Source: Octopus sinensis (Eukaryota). Taken from it: DNA of 64,000 bases. Positions 42,780 through 55,614 of the stretch are shown here, one piece after another. The notes below the pieces were generated by a model that worked only from the letters and a program-made list of their open reading frames with translations, was not told the DNA's origin and did no database searches. The stretch is taken from assembly GCF_006345805.1 (NCBI RefSeq), contig NC_043002.1, positions 52,576,001 through 52,640,000 of the forward strand, given 5' to 3'. A program made the translations under genes and the position numbers. Every line of letters starts with the position of its first letter. Positions within the stretch are counted from its first letter, which is position 1.

Positions 42780-43700
42780 GCGGTTACAAATCGACGGCTG
42801 CAGAAAAAAACATTAACACGAAAGAAATTCTGAAAGACAGAGGGTTTGGAGAGGAATGACAGTGTGCAGTGATCCGAGGAGGTAGACACATTATGAATGA
42901 GGAGACGAGACGAGGTGCATTTCTTTGTATTCACTGGAACATTTCTGTGTGAAACTGCAACACCATCCTAGATGTGAGAGTAATACTGCATTGAAAAGGA
43001 TTAGTAGTTGTCACAGTCTGAAATGCCTTCTAACACTGGAGAGGAAGGACAGCTTTTGTTGGGTGAGTAAAACCGGGAATTCTTTGAGAAGGCATCGTAT
43101 AAATAGCTGAGGTACAGGAAGAAAAGTACTAAGACAAAAACCGAACCTTGGCTCACAACAAAGCCGATAAGGTGTAAATCAGAGCAGCGGTCTGACAAGA
43201 AGCCACTGATTCCTTGGAAGAGAGAAGGGTGGAAGATATAAGTGGGCAGCTTTGTCCGGGGATCTGAGAGTCGGCCATGGTGTATGCTTTGTTGATGTGG
43301 AGGCCAACAAAGTTTTGCCACTAAATCTCTGGATGGCGAGAGCATGCTGATGAGTGACATAGGTGAGTAGATCTCCAATAAGTATGACTTATATGACAGT
43401 GGTTATTAAGGCGGTAAGTATTAGCAGTGGTTATTAAGGGCGACTGGAGCAGTCTGTTAACGATGACTGCTTCCATCATCTTTAAGATGACTGAAGTGCA
43501 TACATAGAATAAAAGTTGGTTGAGTAAAAGAGTTTTCCTTTCTTGGAAATGGGGATTATCGAAATGGGGCAGAAGTCTTGTTTTGAAGTTACTGGGGATC
43601 GTTTCACACGCTTCGTGAATGTTTACATGCTTGGTGAGACACGAGGAGTGGAAAGGGACAGTTTGGGATATTTTTTAAACATGTGCAGTGAGAAATTGGA
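42780..43700 (-). pseudogene. Degenerate CR1/L2-group LINE RT fragment
   Basis: ORF fragment SGFLSDR...VSQGSV...LFFLY plus upstream ..KMMEAVI. Confidence 0.6.
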
Positions 43701-43859
43701 TGCAAAGTGATCACCAAATGCGCATGATTTGTCCATGCGGTATTATTTTATCGAACCGAAAGTATGAAACGTAAATCCTATTTTGGTGGCATTTCAACCC
43801 AGAACATAAAAGAGGAAGAAATGCTCCTAACAGGTTGTGTCTATTCGGTATTTCCCATT

Positions 43860-44755
43860 CAGGAATGTTAAAGAGCCAGAAACGTATGGGAAATCCGATA
43901 GGGGGAGCACTGGGTGCATATGGTGTATTTACAACTTTTGTCATAAGAGAGATTTTTTTTCTACACAGTAACTGCACCGTCTGTGAGAAGGACAGCACTA
44001 TGACGCAATTCATTCTGCCAGAAACTTGGAAACGGCATGCTGTACTGCTTGGCATTCGCGCCGGAAGCTCCAAAACGAACATTTCAGAGTGTTTGGATAT
44101 CAATCTGAAGACAGTACAATCTGAGGACATGTACTGAGAGTGATAAAAATCAAACATCCAGTCAATATCATGGTGTTTGGAGTGATCACTAGTGACGGCG
44201 GCGTTTGCCTCCATTCATCTTCCCACATGGCTTCAGACTTACCACGGAGGCCTACGTCAATTCCTGGAGGAGGTATTGCTTCCCCGGATCATGAGGGTTG
44301 CTACTGGAAGACCTTATGTCTGGCAACAGGACTCTGCACCATGCCACACAAGCAGGAGAATCCAGTCATGGCTGTGAGACAATTTCTGCGACCATATGAC
44401 CCCTAACATCTGGTCACCTAACTCCCCAGACTGCAACTACCTTGATTATTGTGTGTGGGGCGCAGCTGAGTGAGAGACCAACAAAACTGCTTGTAACACC
44501 AAAGATAAACTGAAGGCAAGGATTATGGAAGAATTCACCAACTTAAACGAGGAGACTGTCCAAAAGAGTTGTAGGAGATTCAGAAGTCGTCTGGAGGCCG
44601 TGATTAAAGCCAATGGGATTTTATGGAATAACTTTGCTCTTTAGTATTTCAAGATATTTCTATGTAATTTCGGTAATTATATCTGTTAAAATGAGATATC
44701 AGTGTTATTTTCATTTTTTCCCTAATCTAGACGACAGTTTATTCGCCGCACCCTG
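43860..44755 (+). mobile_element. Tc1/mariner superfamily DD37D (maT) element, left end missing, transposase internally deleted
   Basis: HPVNIMVFGVITSDG; WQQDSAPCH...WSPNSPDCNYLDY with 37 residues between the last two Asp (counted through one in-frame stop); right end ...CACCCTG|TA. Confidence 0.85.
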
Positions 44756-44757
44756 TA

Positions 44758-44992
44758 TATATGTGTGTGTGTGTGTGTTCCTTCGTGTCTGTTTGTTCCC
44801 CACCACCGCTTGACAACCAGTGCTAGTGTGTTTATGTCCCCGTAACTTAGCGGCTCGGCACAAGTCAATGATAGAGTATGTACTAGGCCTTAAAAATTAA
44901 GCACTGGGGTCGATACATTCGACTAAAATTTCAAGGTGGTACCCCAGCATGGCCGCAGTCAAGTGACTGAAACAAGTAAGAGATAAAAGATA
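44758..44992 (+). mobile_element. SINE family A 3' half
   Basis: gcttgacaaccagtgctagtgtgtttatgtccccgtaacttagcgg...ccagcatggccgcagtc...aagtaagagataaaaga. Confidence 0.85.
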
Positions 44993-45345
44993 ACGATATA
45001 TATGGCGGGGCATGTGTGCGTGTGCATGTGTGTGTAGATTGATGACAGAATCTACAGACCTCCGACCTGACATTTGGTTCTTGCTTAATGAATAATTAAT
45101 ACATTTCTCAATATTAAATATATCGAAAATTATTAATAAGACAGTATATAAGCAAAGACAAAATTAAACTCACACCACTCCCTGGCGAATTGGCATAAAA
45201 TGTAAGCACATATGCAAATATGGCCAACCACTGATGTGTGCGTTATATATGTAAGTGAATATGTGTGTGTGTGTGTCTGCACAAATATATACATGCATAC
45301 ACGCTATTCAAGATATATGCCTCTATCTACCTATATATTCATATA

Positions 45346-45546
45346 CTTTATTTAAAAGCAGCAGAAATATAGAAAAAACTGTTACTCAGAGTTTCACGTT
45401 CCCGTTCGGCGGACAAAACTTCCGTGTAACTCTGAGTAACAGCTTTGTATATTTCTGCTGCTTTTAAATAAAGCATATTACTCTACTTCTGTATTTGAGT
45501 ACTCTTTTTTTCCAACTTGTTTCACATTCATGTGCTTACTCCGGTA
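45346..45546. mobile_element. Fold-back Penelope-derived mini-element with hammerhead
   Basis: Arms 45346-45398 and 45423-45473 are inverted; 73-nt tail; same family as 51289-51577. Confidence 0.8.
45380..45415 (-). ncRNA. Minimal hammerhead ribozyme (core mutated to CCGCCGA in this copy)
   Basis: Minus: tgt-CCGCCGA-acg-ggaa-cgt-GAAAC-tctga-GTA-aca; all three stems pair. Confidence 0.7.
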
Positions 45547-45651
45547 TATTATATATATATTATATATATTATATATATATAATATATATATATATAATAT
45601 ATATTATATATATATGTATATTGTATATTATATATGTATATATATATATAT

Positions 45652-46098
45652 ATTTCTTTTTTCTCTTTTTTTTTTCTTTCTCTATTCCTCTCTTCCTGTT
45701 TTTGATTTGACCTTACTAATACATTCCTGCTTTTAGATCACTTTAAATAAAACCCTTGGTTCAATAACACTGTGTATAAACTCTATACTTGGAATGACCA
45801 ATTTTAAATACTATTGGATTTTACTCATAAGATCTTGGAATCTTATACGTACACCATTCTGCCTAAATAATGGATCTATAAATACAATATCCCTGCATAT
45901 CTCACATCTATTTTCATTCCTCCACCTCACTCTCTATTTCGTATCCTATTTAAATTAATTATTGCTTAACCATCTTCTCACACAGTCTCCGATGAAGGGA
46001 TATAACAAGTATCCTAGAAACAGTTGTAAGACTTTCTATTCATAAATGTTCTAAAATCTACACACCCTTGTTTTTTTTATCTCATTACGAAAAAAATT
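45652..46098 (+). mobile_element. Penelope-like pLTR fragment
   Basis: Pyrimidine-rich body, hammerhead ~65 nt from the 3' end, (TA)n flanks. Confidence 0.7.
45984..46033 (+). ncRNA. Type I hammerhead ribozyme, CCGAUGA core
   Basis: agtct-CCGATGA-ag-ggata-taacaag-tatcc-ta-GAAAC-agtt-GTA-agact; 5-bp stem I, 5-bp stem II, near-palindromic stem III. Confidence 0.85.
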
Positions 46099-46948
46099 TA
46101 TATATATATATAGTGCTCCAGCATGGTCACTGTCAAATGACTGAACAAGTAAAAGAGTAAAAGAGTATATATATATATATTATATATATAGATATATATA
46201 TAATATAATATATATAATATATATATATAATATATATATATATATGTATGTATGTTTGTATACACATATTTGTGTACATGTAAGTACACACACACACACA
46301 TGCATTATATTGCATATAGGATATTAAAGATATTGCATCTGTATATCTATATATATATCTATATATAATATATATAATTATATATATATATATATATAAT
46401 ACACTCTTAATGGATTGACAATGACATTGCGAAACGAATCCAGGTAGATTTGCCGTTGGTTATCATATATATCTTTCATAAACATTTTAAGTATTGTAAG
46501 TATTGTATAGTATTTGTAAGTATTTTATTGACGATGACTTTACCTGTCCGGATTAAATAGTATTGCCATTCAGTTGAACATAGGATGTCAGTCAATAGAA
46601 AATATACATCCACTGACAAATATATTGGAGAGCTCGTATCAGAATTGTAAAGGAAGTTCTGTTTTGGATTAAATACTTTTTTGTACATGATTGAAAGAAA
46701 AATAGATAGGACAAAAATGAAACATCTATAAAAGTTATTGACAAGCTTTTTCTACGTATATTGCACAAAAAATTAAATAGTGGTTTGAATAATCTAATTT
46801 TGTGAAGAAAAAACAGTGGCATAGATATATGCGTGAGTTTGCGTGCGTGTATCCGTGTCAGTGAGTCTGGGGTGTGTGTGTCTGTGTGTGACATGCATAT
46901 ATATATATAATATATAAAATATATATATATATATATATAATATATATA

Positions 46949-47026
<78 letters not shown>

Positions 47027-47246
47027 ATATATATATATAACGATTAACCATGTGTGTGTGGCGAAATAAGTAAGTAGGCCTCAATGTAATTTAAATAGAA
47101 ACTTTTAATATATTTCGAAAAACCTAGAAGACACACATGCAGCACTCCGAATTTATCAGCAGGCTACGGGTGTGAAGTTATCTGATTACTATGCCATGAT
47201 TGGATAGCTTTATACCCATAGATTGCCAGGAAGTACTCGAAGTATT

Positions 47247-47636
47247 GTGGAGGCGCAATGGCCCAGTGGTTAGGGCAGCGGACTCGCGGTCATAGGATCG
47301 CGGTTTCGATTCCCAGACCGGGCGTTGTGAGTGTTTATTGAGCGAAAACACCTAAAGCTCCACGAGGCTCCGGCAGGGGATGTGGTGATCCTGCTGTAAC
47401 TCTTTCACACCACACTTTCTCTCACTCTTACTTCCTGTTTCTGTTGTACCTGTATTTCAAAGGCCGGCCTTGTCACCATCTCTGTGTCACGCTGAATATC
47501 CCCGAGAACTACGTTAAGGGTACACGTGTCTGTGGAGTGCTCAGCCACTTACACGTTAATTTCACGAGCAGGCTGTTCCGTTGATTCGGATCAACCGGAA
47601 CCCTCATCGTCGTAACCGACGGAGTGCTTCCATTTT
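47247..47636 (+). mobile_element. tRNA-derived SINE family D, tail type 2, with 13-bp TSD
   Basis: A box TGGCCCAGTGG, B box GTTTCGATTCC; TSD tactc[g/c]aagtatt at 47234-47246 and 47637-47649. Confidence 0.9.
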
Positions 47637-47799
47637 TACTCCAAGTATTATATGTGAGTGGTGGTTGTTGTGGTGGTGGTGGTTGTTGTGGTAGTGGTCG
47701 TCGTGGTGGTCGTGGTGGTGGTAGTGGTGGTGGTGGTGGTTTTTGGTTAAACCTATTGTAAGATCATTCTCATATTTTTTCTATACATGACTTTAGGCC

Positions 47800-47955
47800 T
47801 AGTGAATGCGCGTGACTTAGTCGTTCGAGCATTTGGAAGCCGATCGTAAGATCGTAGTTTATTGTGTTTCTTAAGGAAGACAACTTATTTCACGTTGCTC
47901 CAGTCCTTTCAGCTAGCAAAAATGAGTAGTACCTGTATTTCAAAGAGACAGCCCA
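47800..47955 (+). mobile_element. Degenerate SINE with family-C body and start of tail type 2
   Basis: ttatttcacgttgctccagtcctttcagctagcaaaaatgagt followed by gtacctgtatttcaaag. Confidence 0.7.
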
Positions 47956-48132
47956 GACGAACAAATATGTAGAAACTTCCTCGTTGGTTTGCTCAAGCAC
48001 TGTAGTGAGGAAATGCATCGGATGGAACATATATATTCCGTGTACTGCAAATTAATAACAAAGAAAATATAAAACAATAAGAGAAATAGAATAACATGCA
48101 ACGCCTTGAGAAAACACTAAATAATGTGGGAA

Positions 48133-48184
<52 letters not shown>

Positions 48185-48218
48185 TTATTATCAATCATCA
48201 ATCATCATCATCAACACA

Positions 48219-48272
<54 letters not shown>

Positions 48273-48299
48273 CATCATCATCATCATCATCATCATTAT

Positions 48300-48331
<32 letters not shown>

Positions 48332-48359
48332 TTATTATCATCATCATCATCATTTATTA

Positions 48360-48392
<33 letters not shown>

Positions 48393-48396
<4 letters not shown>

Positions 48397-48612
48397 TAGT
48401 TTTATTTTTATAGCGTGCTTTCACTTCACTACCGAGCGCAGCTCTGTGTGCCTTGGGTATGTGCTGTGATTTGTTGTGATGCTCTGATGGTTATTGTATG
48501 GAAAGTGTTCTGCGTAGGATGTGTGCAGTGCCTAGTAGTGCAATTTTCTGTATGTATATGTGTTTGTAAGTCCCTGGGTTTTTTGTTATGTATTTGTCTG
48601 AATATTTTTTTT
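48393..48612 (-). mobile_element. R4/Dong-clade LINE 3' end embedded in (TAA)n
   Basis: Minus: KKYSDKYIT...QKIALLGTAHILRRTLSIQ* plus a short UTR; long (TAA/TGA)n tracts on both sides (48133-48392, 48613-48803). Confidence 0.85.
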
Positions 48613-48630
48613 TTATTATTATTATTATTA

Positions 48631-48668
<38 letters not shown>

Positions 48669-48742
48669 TATTATTATTATTATCATCATCATCATATATC
48701 ATCATTATATTATTATTATCATCATCATCATCATCATTTTTA

Positions 48743-48803
<61 letters not shown>

Positions 48804-49253
48804 GCGGAAGAGAATGAGAAATGTTTGGGGGAAGAGAAGGAGGAACATGTTACGTTAGTGAGAGGGTATGATCGAACACACACCGTAACATTAGGATAAA
48901 ACCTCGTTCTTCTATTTTTGCATTAATAATATATTTGTAGTTGGATATTTACTTTACTGCTTTATGTGATAAATGTTATAAAAATTGCCATCACAACTCT
49001 CGTAAATTTACACAGACAAACAAGGATGTATACACTCCTTATACTATCGCATTTATCATACACAAATTCAATAACAGACGAATATTTTTTTTACTCATAA
49101 GCGCTATTTTATTCCGTGTTTGGGAACAATTTTATTGATTTCCTTCTTTAAGCATTAAATTACTTTAATAGCTATGGTAATACATATAAACTGTACATTG
49201 TATATCTACATAGAGTAAATACAAGGTCATGCTCTCCTCTTTCCTTTCTCTCC

Positions 49254-49285
<32 letters not shown>

Positions 49286-49387
49286 AATATATAATATATA
49301 CATATATATATTATATATATATTATTATTATTATTATTATTATTATTATCATCATATATGCATACATATATATATAATATATAATAT

Positions 49388-49421
<34 letters not shown>

Positions 49422-49462
49422 TATGTATATAGTATATATATATATGTACATTATATATTATA

Positions 49463-49505
<43 letters not shown>

Positions 49506-49806
49506 GCCCTTGCCTTTATTTTCAATGTCTATTCGTCTGGCCTTCATTAAATATCATTATTACTTTCAACCTGAAGTTATTCCCTTTTAAGGAGCCCTTT
49601 GCAAACGCTTTAAGTATATATTTCTTTTTCTTTCTATTTGTGGGATACTTATTTCTTTTATTACTTCATCAGTATCATTTAATGTCTTTAAGTTAAATTT
49701 AAATTCCATATTACCTATTAATTTCGGTGATTTTAACACTTTCTGCAAAGTATTTTTACAAGCACAAATTTCGTAATTGATTCCTCATTATTTTAGCTGC
49801 TTTTAA

Positions 49807-50378
49807 GACGGCGAGCTGGCAGAAACGTTAGCCTGCCGGGCGAAATGCGTAGCCGTATTTCGTCTGCCGTTACGTTCTGAGTTCAAATTCCGCCGAGGTC
49901 GACTTTGCCTTTCATCCTTCCAGGGTCGATAAACTAAGTACCAGTTACGCACTGGGGGGTCGATATAATCGACTTAATCCGTTTGTCTGTCCTTGTTTGT
50001 CGTCTCTGTGTTTAGCCCCTTGTGGGTAGTAAAGACATAGGTTTTCTTCTGTCCGTTACGTTCTGAGTTCAAATTCGGCCGGGGTCGACTTTGCCTTTCA
50101 TCCTTTCGGGGTCGATAAATTAAGTACCAGCTACACACTGGGGTCGATGTAATCGACTTGATCCCTTTGCCTGTCCTTGTTTGTCCCCTCTATGTTTAGC
50201 CCCTTGTGAACAATAAAGAAATAAGAAACATTAGCACGCCGGTTCTAAGTTCAAATTCCGCCGATGTCGACTTTGCCTTTCGGGGTCGATATATGAAGTA
50301 TCAGTTGCGTACTAGGGTAGATCAAATTGACTGGCCCCCTCCCTTAAAATATCGGATGTTGTGCCTACAGTAGAAAGG
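49807..50378 (+). mobile_element. SINE family B composite trimer with ~18-bp TSD
   Basis: Two long-tail units plus one short-tail unit; TSD attattttagctgctttt at 49787-49804 and attattttaagctgctttt at 50379-50397. Confidence 0.9.
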
Positions 50379-51014
50379 ATTATTTTAAGCTGCTTTTGAT
50401 ATTTCCTGGTTTTGTTGCTTGGCTTCATCACTCTGTAAGAGAAAAACAATATATATCCACGCAAACACGTATATCCTTTTATTTGTTTCAGTCATTGATT
50501 TGCAGCCACGAAACAGCACCTCGTTGGGCGAGATTTTGTCAACGCAAGAATTCATTTTCATACACGGCAAACAGGTAATCACGAGCTTATCGAAATATTT
50601 TAGTAATTAAGAGAAATTAGTTCCCCACCCGCTCTTTCTATTCAAAATACAATGTTTAATCTTGAAAAACGCAAGGCCATACATGTTTGGATCCTGTTGC
50701 TATCCTAAAAAATGCACGTTGTGCTTAATCCAACATATTTTATCCTCTTCGAAGATAATTCAATATTGAAACGAAAATCTGAACTTTTGAACTCCTGGAG
50801 ACATTTAACTGGGTTATTGATTTTGAAACTTTTACCACCGAACGATTTAAACTAGTATTTATCATTATTTTTAGTAGAACTGTGAATTTGTCGGATACTT
50901 TTTGGTATTTAATAATACCGTATTTTTGTGTAGTAAAACCATGTGAGTGGTGTGTGTGTGTGTGTTAGCTTATAACGTATTATATGTATGTATTCTTTTG
51001 TTTTTGTTTTTTTT

Positions 51015-51215
51015 TTTTATTTGTTTCAATTATTAGACTGCGGTCATGTTCGGGCACCACCTTGAAGAATTTTTAGTCGAAGAAATCGACTCCAGTACTT
51101 ATATTTTTGACCTTTGTACTTATCTATCGGATCTTTTGTCGAATCGCAAAGTGACGTGGATACAAACACATTAAAACCCGTTTTCAAGTGCTGGTGGATG
51201 ACAAACACCGTCAAG
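51015..51215 (-). mobile_element. SINE family A 3' half, degenerate
   Basis: ttgtttcaattattagactgcggtcatg...gtcgaagaaatcgactccagtact. Confidence 0.7.
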
Positions 51216-51247
51216 GCAAAATGTTACTTTTATTGGCGTGTGTGTGT

Positions 51248-51288
<41 letters not shown>

Positions 51289-51290
<2 letters not shown>

Positions 51291-51577
51291 CTTTATTATT
51301 AAGGCTACAAAGCATCACAAAGATATCCCAAAACCTGTTCCCCAGAGTTTCACGTTCCCGTTCGTCGGGCAGTTGTGATCGAGAATGGATTCCATTCCAT
51401 TCTTGACCACAACTGCCCGACGAACGGGAAGGTGAAACTTTGGGGAACAGATCTTGTGATATCTTTGTGATGCTTTTGCAGCTTTAATTTTTAAAAAAAA
51501 GGCATATTATTCTATCTCCGGTATTCGAGTACTATATTTTCCCACCTTCTTTCACATTTATGTGCTTACTCGGGTAC
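51289..51577. mobile_element. Fold-back Penelope-derived mini-element with two opposed hammerhead-like motifs
   Basis: ~100-bp inverted arms centred near 51392; + arm tgc-CCGACGA-acgggaaggt-GAAAC-tttgg-GGA-aca (51414-51449), mirrored at ~51336-51371; tail homologous to 45474-45546. Confidence 0.8.
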
Positions 51578-51603
51578 ATGCACACACACACACACACACA
51601 CAT

Positions 51604-52080
51604 ATTGATAAAAAAAAACGGAGAAAAAGACAACAAGAAAAACCAACATAAAGACGTAGTACATGCAGAGTATTAATAAGACGCTGAGGGAAGGAAAGAA
51701 AGGGCGTTTTACGTTTCGAGCAAAGCTCTTCTTCAGAAACAGGAGAGAGAGGAAAGTCCAAGAGAAAAGGAAGACGGAGGGGGAAAATCGCCAGCGATCT
51801 ACATGTAGTTACATGTTGGAATGATCAGAAGATGGACAAAGAAAAAGTGCTTTCTAAGACAGGAGAGTGTAAAGAAAGGTTGACATCTTTGTATATGTGT
51901 GGGTGTATATGCGCGCGCGTGTTTGTATGTGATAGCATGTGTATGTGTGTATGGTAGCGTGTGTGTGTGGCAGTAACTGAATGTGTGTATGTGTATGCGT
52001 GTGATGGTAACTGTGTGTGTATGCGCGTGTGTGGTATTGACTGTTTATGTTTCAGTGATCTTTGTTGTTAATATCGTAGG
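51604..52080 (-). mobile_element. Penelope-like (Neptune-type) 3' terminal fragment with CA-rich UTR
   Basis: Canonical minimal hammerhead; related to 12213-12426. Confidence 0.75.
51706..51740 (-). ncRNA. Canonical minimal hammerhead ribozyme
   Basis: Minus: gttt-CTGAAGA-a-gagc-ttt-gctc-GAAAC-GTA-aaac; palindromic ACGT stem III. Confidence 0.9.
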
Positions 52081-52113
52081 AAGAGATCAGTATACATACA
52101 TACATATATATAT

Positions 52114-52144
<31 letters not shown>

Positions 52145-52146
52145 TA

Positions 52147-52560
52147 GGCGCAGGAGTGGATGTGTGGTAAGTAGCTTGCTTACCAACCACATGGTTCCGG
52201 GTTCAGTCCCACTGCGAGGCATCTTGGGTGTCTTCTGCTATAGCCTCGGACCGACCAACGCCTTGTGAATGGATTTGGTAGACGGAAACTGAAAGAAGCC
52301 TGTCGTATATATGTATATATATATATACTTATGTGTGTGTATATGTTTGTGTCTGTGTTTGTCCCCCTACCATTGCTTGACAACCGATACTGGTGTGTTT
52401 ACGTCCCCGTCACTTAGCGGTTCGGCAAAAGAGACCGATGGAATAAGTACTGGGCTTACAAAGAATAAGTCCCGGGGTCGATTTGCTCGACTAAAGGCGG
52501 TACTCTGCATGGCCGCAGTCAAATGACTGAAACAAGTAAAAGAGTAAAAGAGTAAAGAGT
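52147..52560 (+). mobile_element. SINE family A full length (a reverse head fragment follows at 52582-52700)
   Basis: Colinear with 1156-1631. Confidence 0.92.
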
Positions 52561-52702
52561 ATATGTTCACATAACGAGCTTCTAGCTACCAAATACACTC
52601 ACAAGGCCTTGGTCGGCCCATGACAGTAGCAGAAAACACTTGTCCAAGGTACCGGAACCATGTCGTTTGGGACCAAACTTCTTACACTTACCACAGTCAC
52701 GA

Positions 52703-52771
<69 letters not shown>

Positions 52772-53209
52772 GTGAGGGAGAAATAAAGAAGAGACGAAGA
52801 AATAAAAAAAGAGAGAGTGATAGAGACAACATATAGATGCATACGTATATAAGCATGAGCATTTTATGGATGTAGACACGTGTGTACACATACTTCAAGG
52901 GGTGAAGATCTATATACATACATATACGTATCTATACGTATCTATCTATCTATCTATATATATATATCTATATATAGATATATATATATATATTATATAA
53001 TATTATATATATATATATATATATTATTATGTATGTATGTATGCATGTATGTATATATGTATATATATATATAAATTCAAGAAACGAAACACGTGGAAAC
53101 ACTTCACTTTGGGCATATTTTGATGTTAGCTAATGGGGAAAGATTTACATTCTTAATAGGAAATATATCTATTTACTTCCCATAAATTTTTTTCATTGCT
53201 TAGAGGTGT

Positions 53210-53311
53210 TTCAACATTGTTGCATGCGCATGCTTCCATTTGGGCATAAATTTATGTATATATATATATATATATGCCAAACGGAAGCATGCGCATTGCA
53301 ACAATATTGAA
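53210..53311. repeat. Inverted repeat, ~39-bp arms around a (TA)n spacer
   Basis: ttcaacattgttgcatgcgcatgcttccatttgggcata ... tatgccaaacggaagcatgcgcattgcaacaatattgaa. Confidence 0.85.
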
Positions 53312-53331
53312 GAGATACACATGTCTACGTG

Positions 53332-53392
<61 letters not shown>

Positions 53393-54047
53393 TATATATA
53401 CACATATATACATATATAAATTGATGTGTGTTTATGCATGCATTTATGTTGTTATATAATCCGTGTTTATGTGTGAAAATATGTGTATATATATATGCAT
53501 TCATATATGTATATATATATACAGACACTCAAATATATATGTATGCATGTATACATATATATATATAAATACATATATACATATATATATACATATACAT
53601 ATATATGTGTGCGTTTTCGTATGCATGTATACATATATATATATATATAAATACATATATACGTATATATATATATACATATACATATATATGTGTGCGT
53701 TTTCAAACACGTTTCTCTTTGTATGAATGTGTGCATATACATATATGCAATTATGTACGTATACATACATATACATAAGCCTATGTATAAATGTGTGTGT
53801 GTTTGTGTTTTTGTGTGTGCATTATATATATATATATATAGCATATATGGGTATATATGGGTGTTTGTATACAAATATATTTTACGTACATATATTGCAT
53901 ACATCACATTTACATAAAAACATGGATACATACATAATACACAGATCCACAACACACACACGTATATATATTATTATATATATGTGAGTGTGTTGTGTGT
54001 GTGTGTGTGTGTGTATGTTTGTGTGTGTGTAATATATAATAATATAT

Positions 54048-54102
<55 letters not shown>

Positions 54103-54856
54103 AATCTGCCATTTCTAGTCACGAACTGTGATGAACACATTAGAATATATTCTATTTTTGTAATTCCGGAGTATGCAATACATGCATAAATGCATTTGTT
54201 GTATCTAATTTACTGTAATTCTTTGTTATTGCTTCTGCAGCAAATGTTAGATGTATATATTTTTTTCCATTGCTGCTTAACTATCATTATTTATGCTATT
54301 CTTTCTCTTTTTGTTTTTACGCTGTGTATTATTATAGTTTTCCTTGTTAACATTGTTCTTGTGTCATTGGTTGTTTCGTTGAAACAAAGCATAACTCACG
54401 CGACGTTGCATGCTTGCAGCATCTAACAATGTAATGATCGAAGAAGAGAAAAAAGACATAATTTCAAAATGTCTATAGATCTGATACGCAAGCGGAAAAG
54501 AGTATTTTCTTTTCTAGAAATGTCTACTGCGCAGATAAGTTTTCTTTATATATTCTTTACATGAATGATTTCTGTATTTTCTAGAGTCAGCCACAAGTTG
54601 CCAGAAAATGTCGGTGTCACAGATATCGAACTTATATATATTTATAAGTATAAATAACGTATGATAAAACAAATCATGAAACAGATTGTAGAACAGGTAT
54701 GAAGAAATACACGGAGCCGCGGGAATATTTATTTCAAGATTGAGTTACTTCTAATGGTGTCACTTCCGATATAGTTCCATCCGCGTTTTGGTTATTATTA
54801 TTCAGTATTATTCAATTGCTTTTCAGAAAGCTCTGAACAGTTTTGTTTTCACTGAC

Positions 54857-54926
<70 letters not shown>

Positions 54927-55118
54927 TTAGATAGATAGATAGATAGAGAGAGAGATAGAGAGAGAGAGATGGGTGATTAGTGAGTGTATGTAAATATGTG
55001 TGTGTTATATAATATCATATACATATATATATTCATATATATATATATATATGTGTATATATATATATGTATGTATAATAATATATATATATATATATAT
55101 AACATATATAATATATAG

Positions 55119-55164
<46 letters not shown>

Positions 55165-55211
55165 ATAATATGTATATATATATATATATATATTATATAT
55201 AATATATATAT

Positions 55212-55253
<42 letters not shown>

Positions 55254-55520
55254 TATATATCTATATAATATATATATATATATATGGTGGTTGTCTACTC
55301 CTTATACACGGGTTGACCACCTCCTGTACCTACACCTTAGCACCATCATAGCGTCTGATGTGGCTTTTTAACCATGTTCTGAAAAGACACCCACATAGAT
55401 TGCACGTCTGATTTGGAGCACCAGTTTACCATATACCTTACTACAAATTTCATACTTGACGACCTAATATATTCACACACACATACATTCGTACACACAT
55501 ACCGTATATATATATATATA

Positions 55521-55560
<40 letters not shown>

Positions 55561-55580
55561 TAATATATATATAATATATA

Positions 55581-55614
<34 letters not shown>

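Noticed and set aside
47247-47325. tRNA gene (also 11995-12071, 38055-38133, 26000-26060)
   Set aside because: tRNA-like A/B boxes run into multi-copy SINE bodies, one with a TSD, and no proper acceptor stem is seen.
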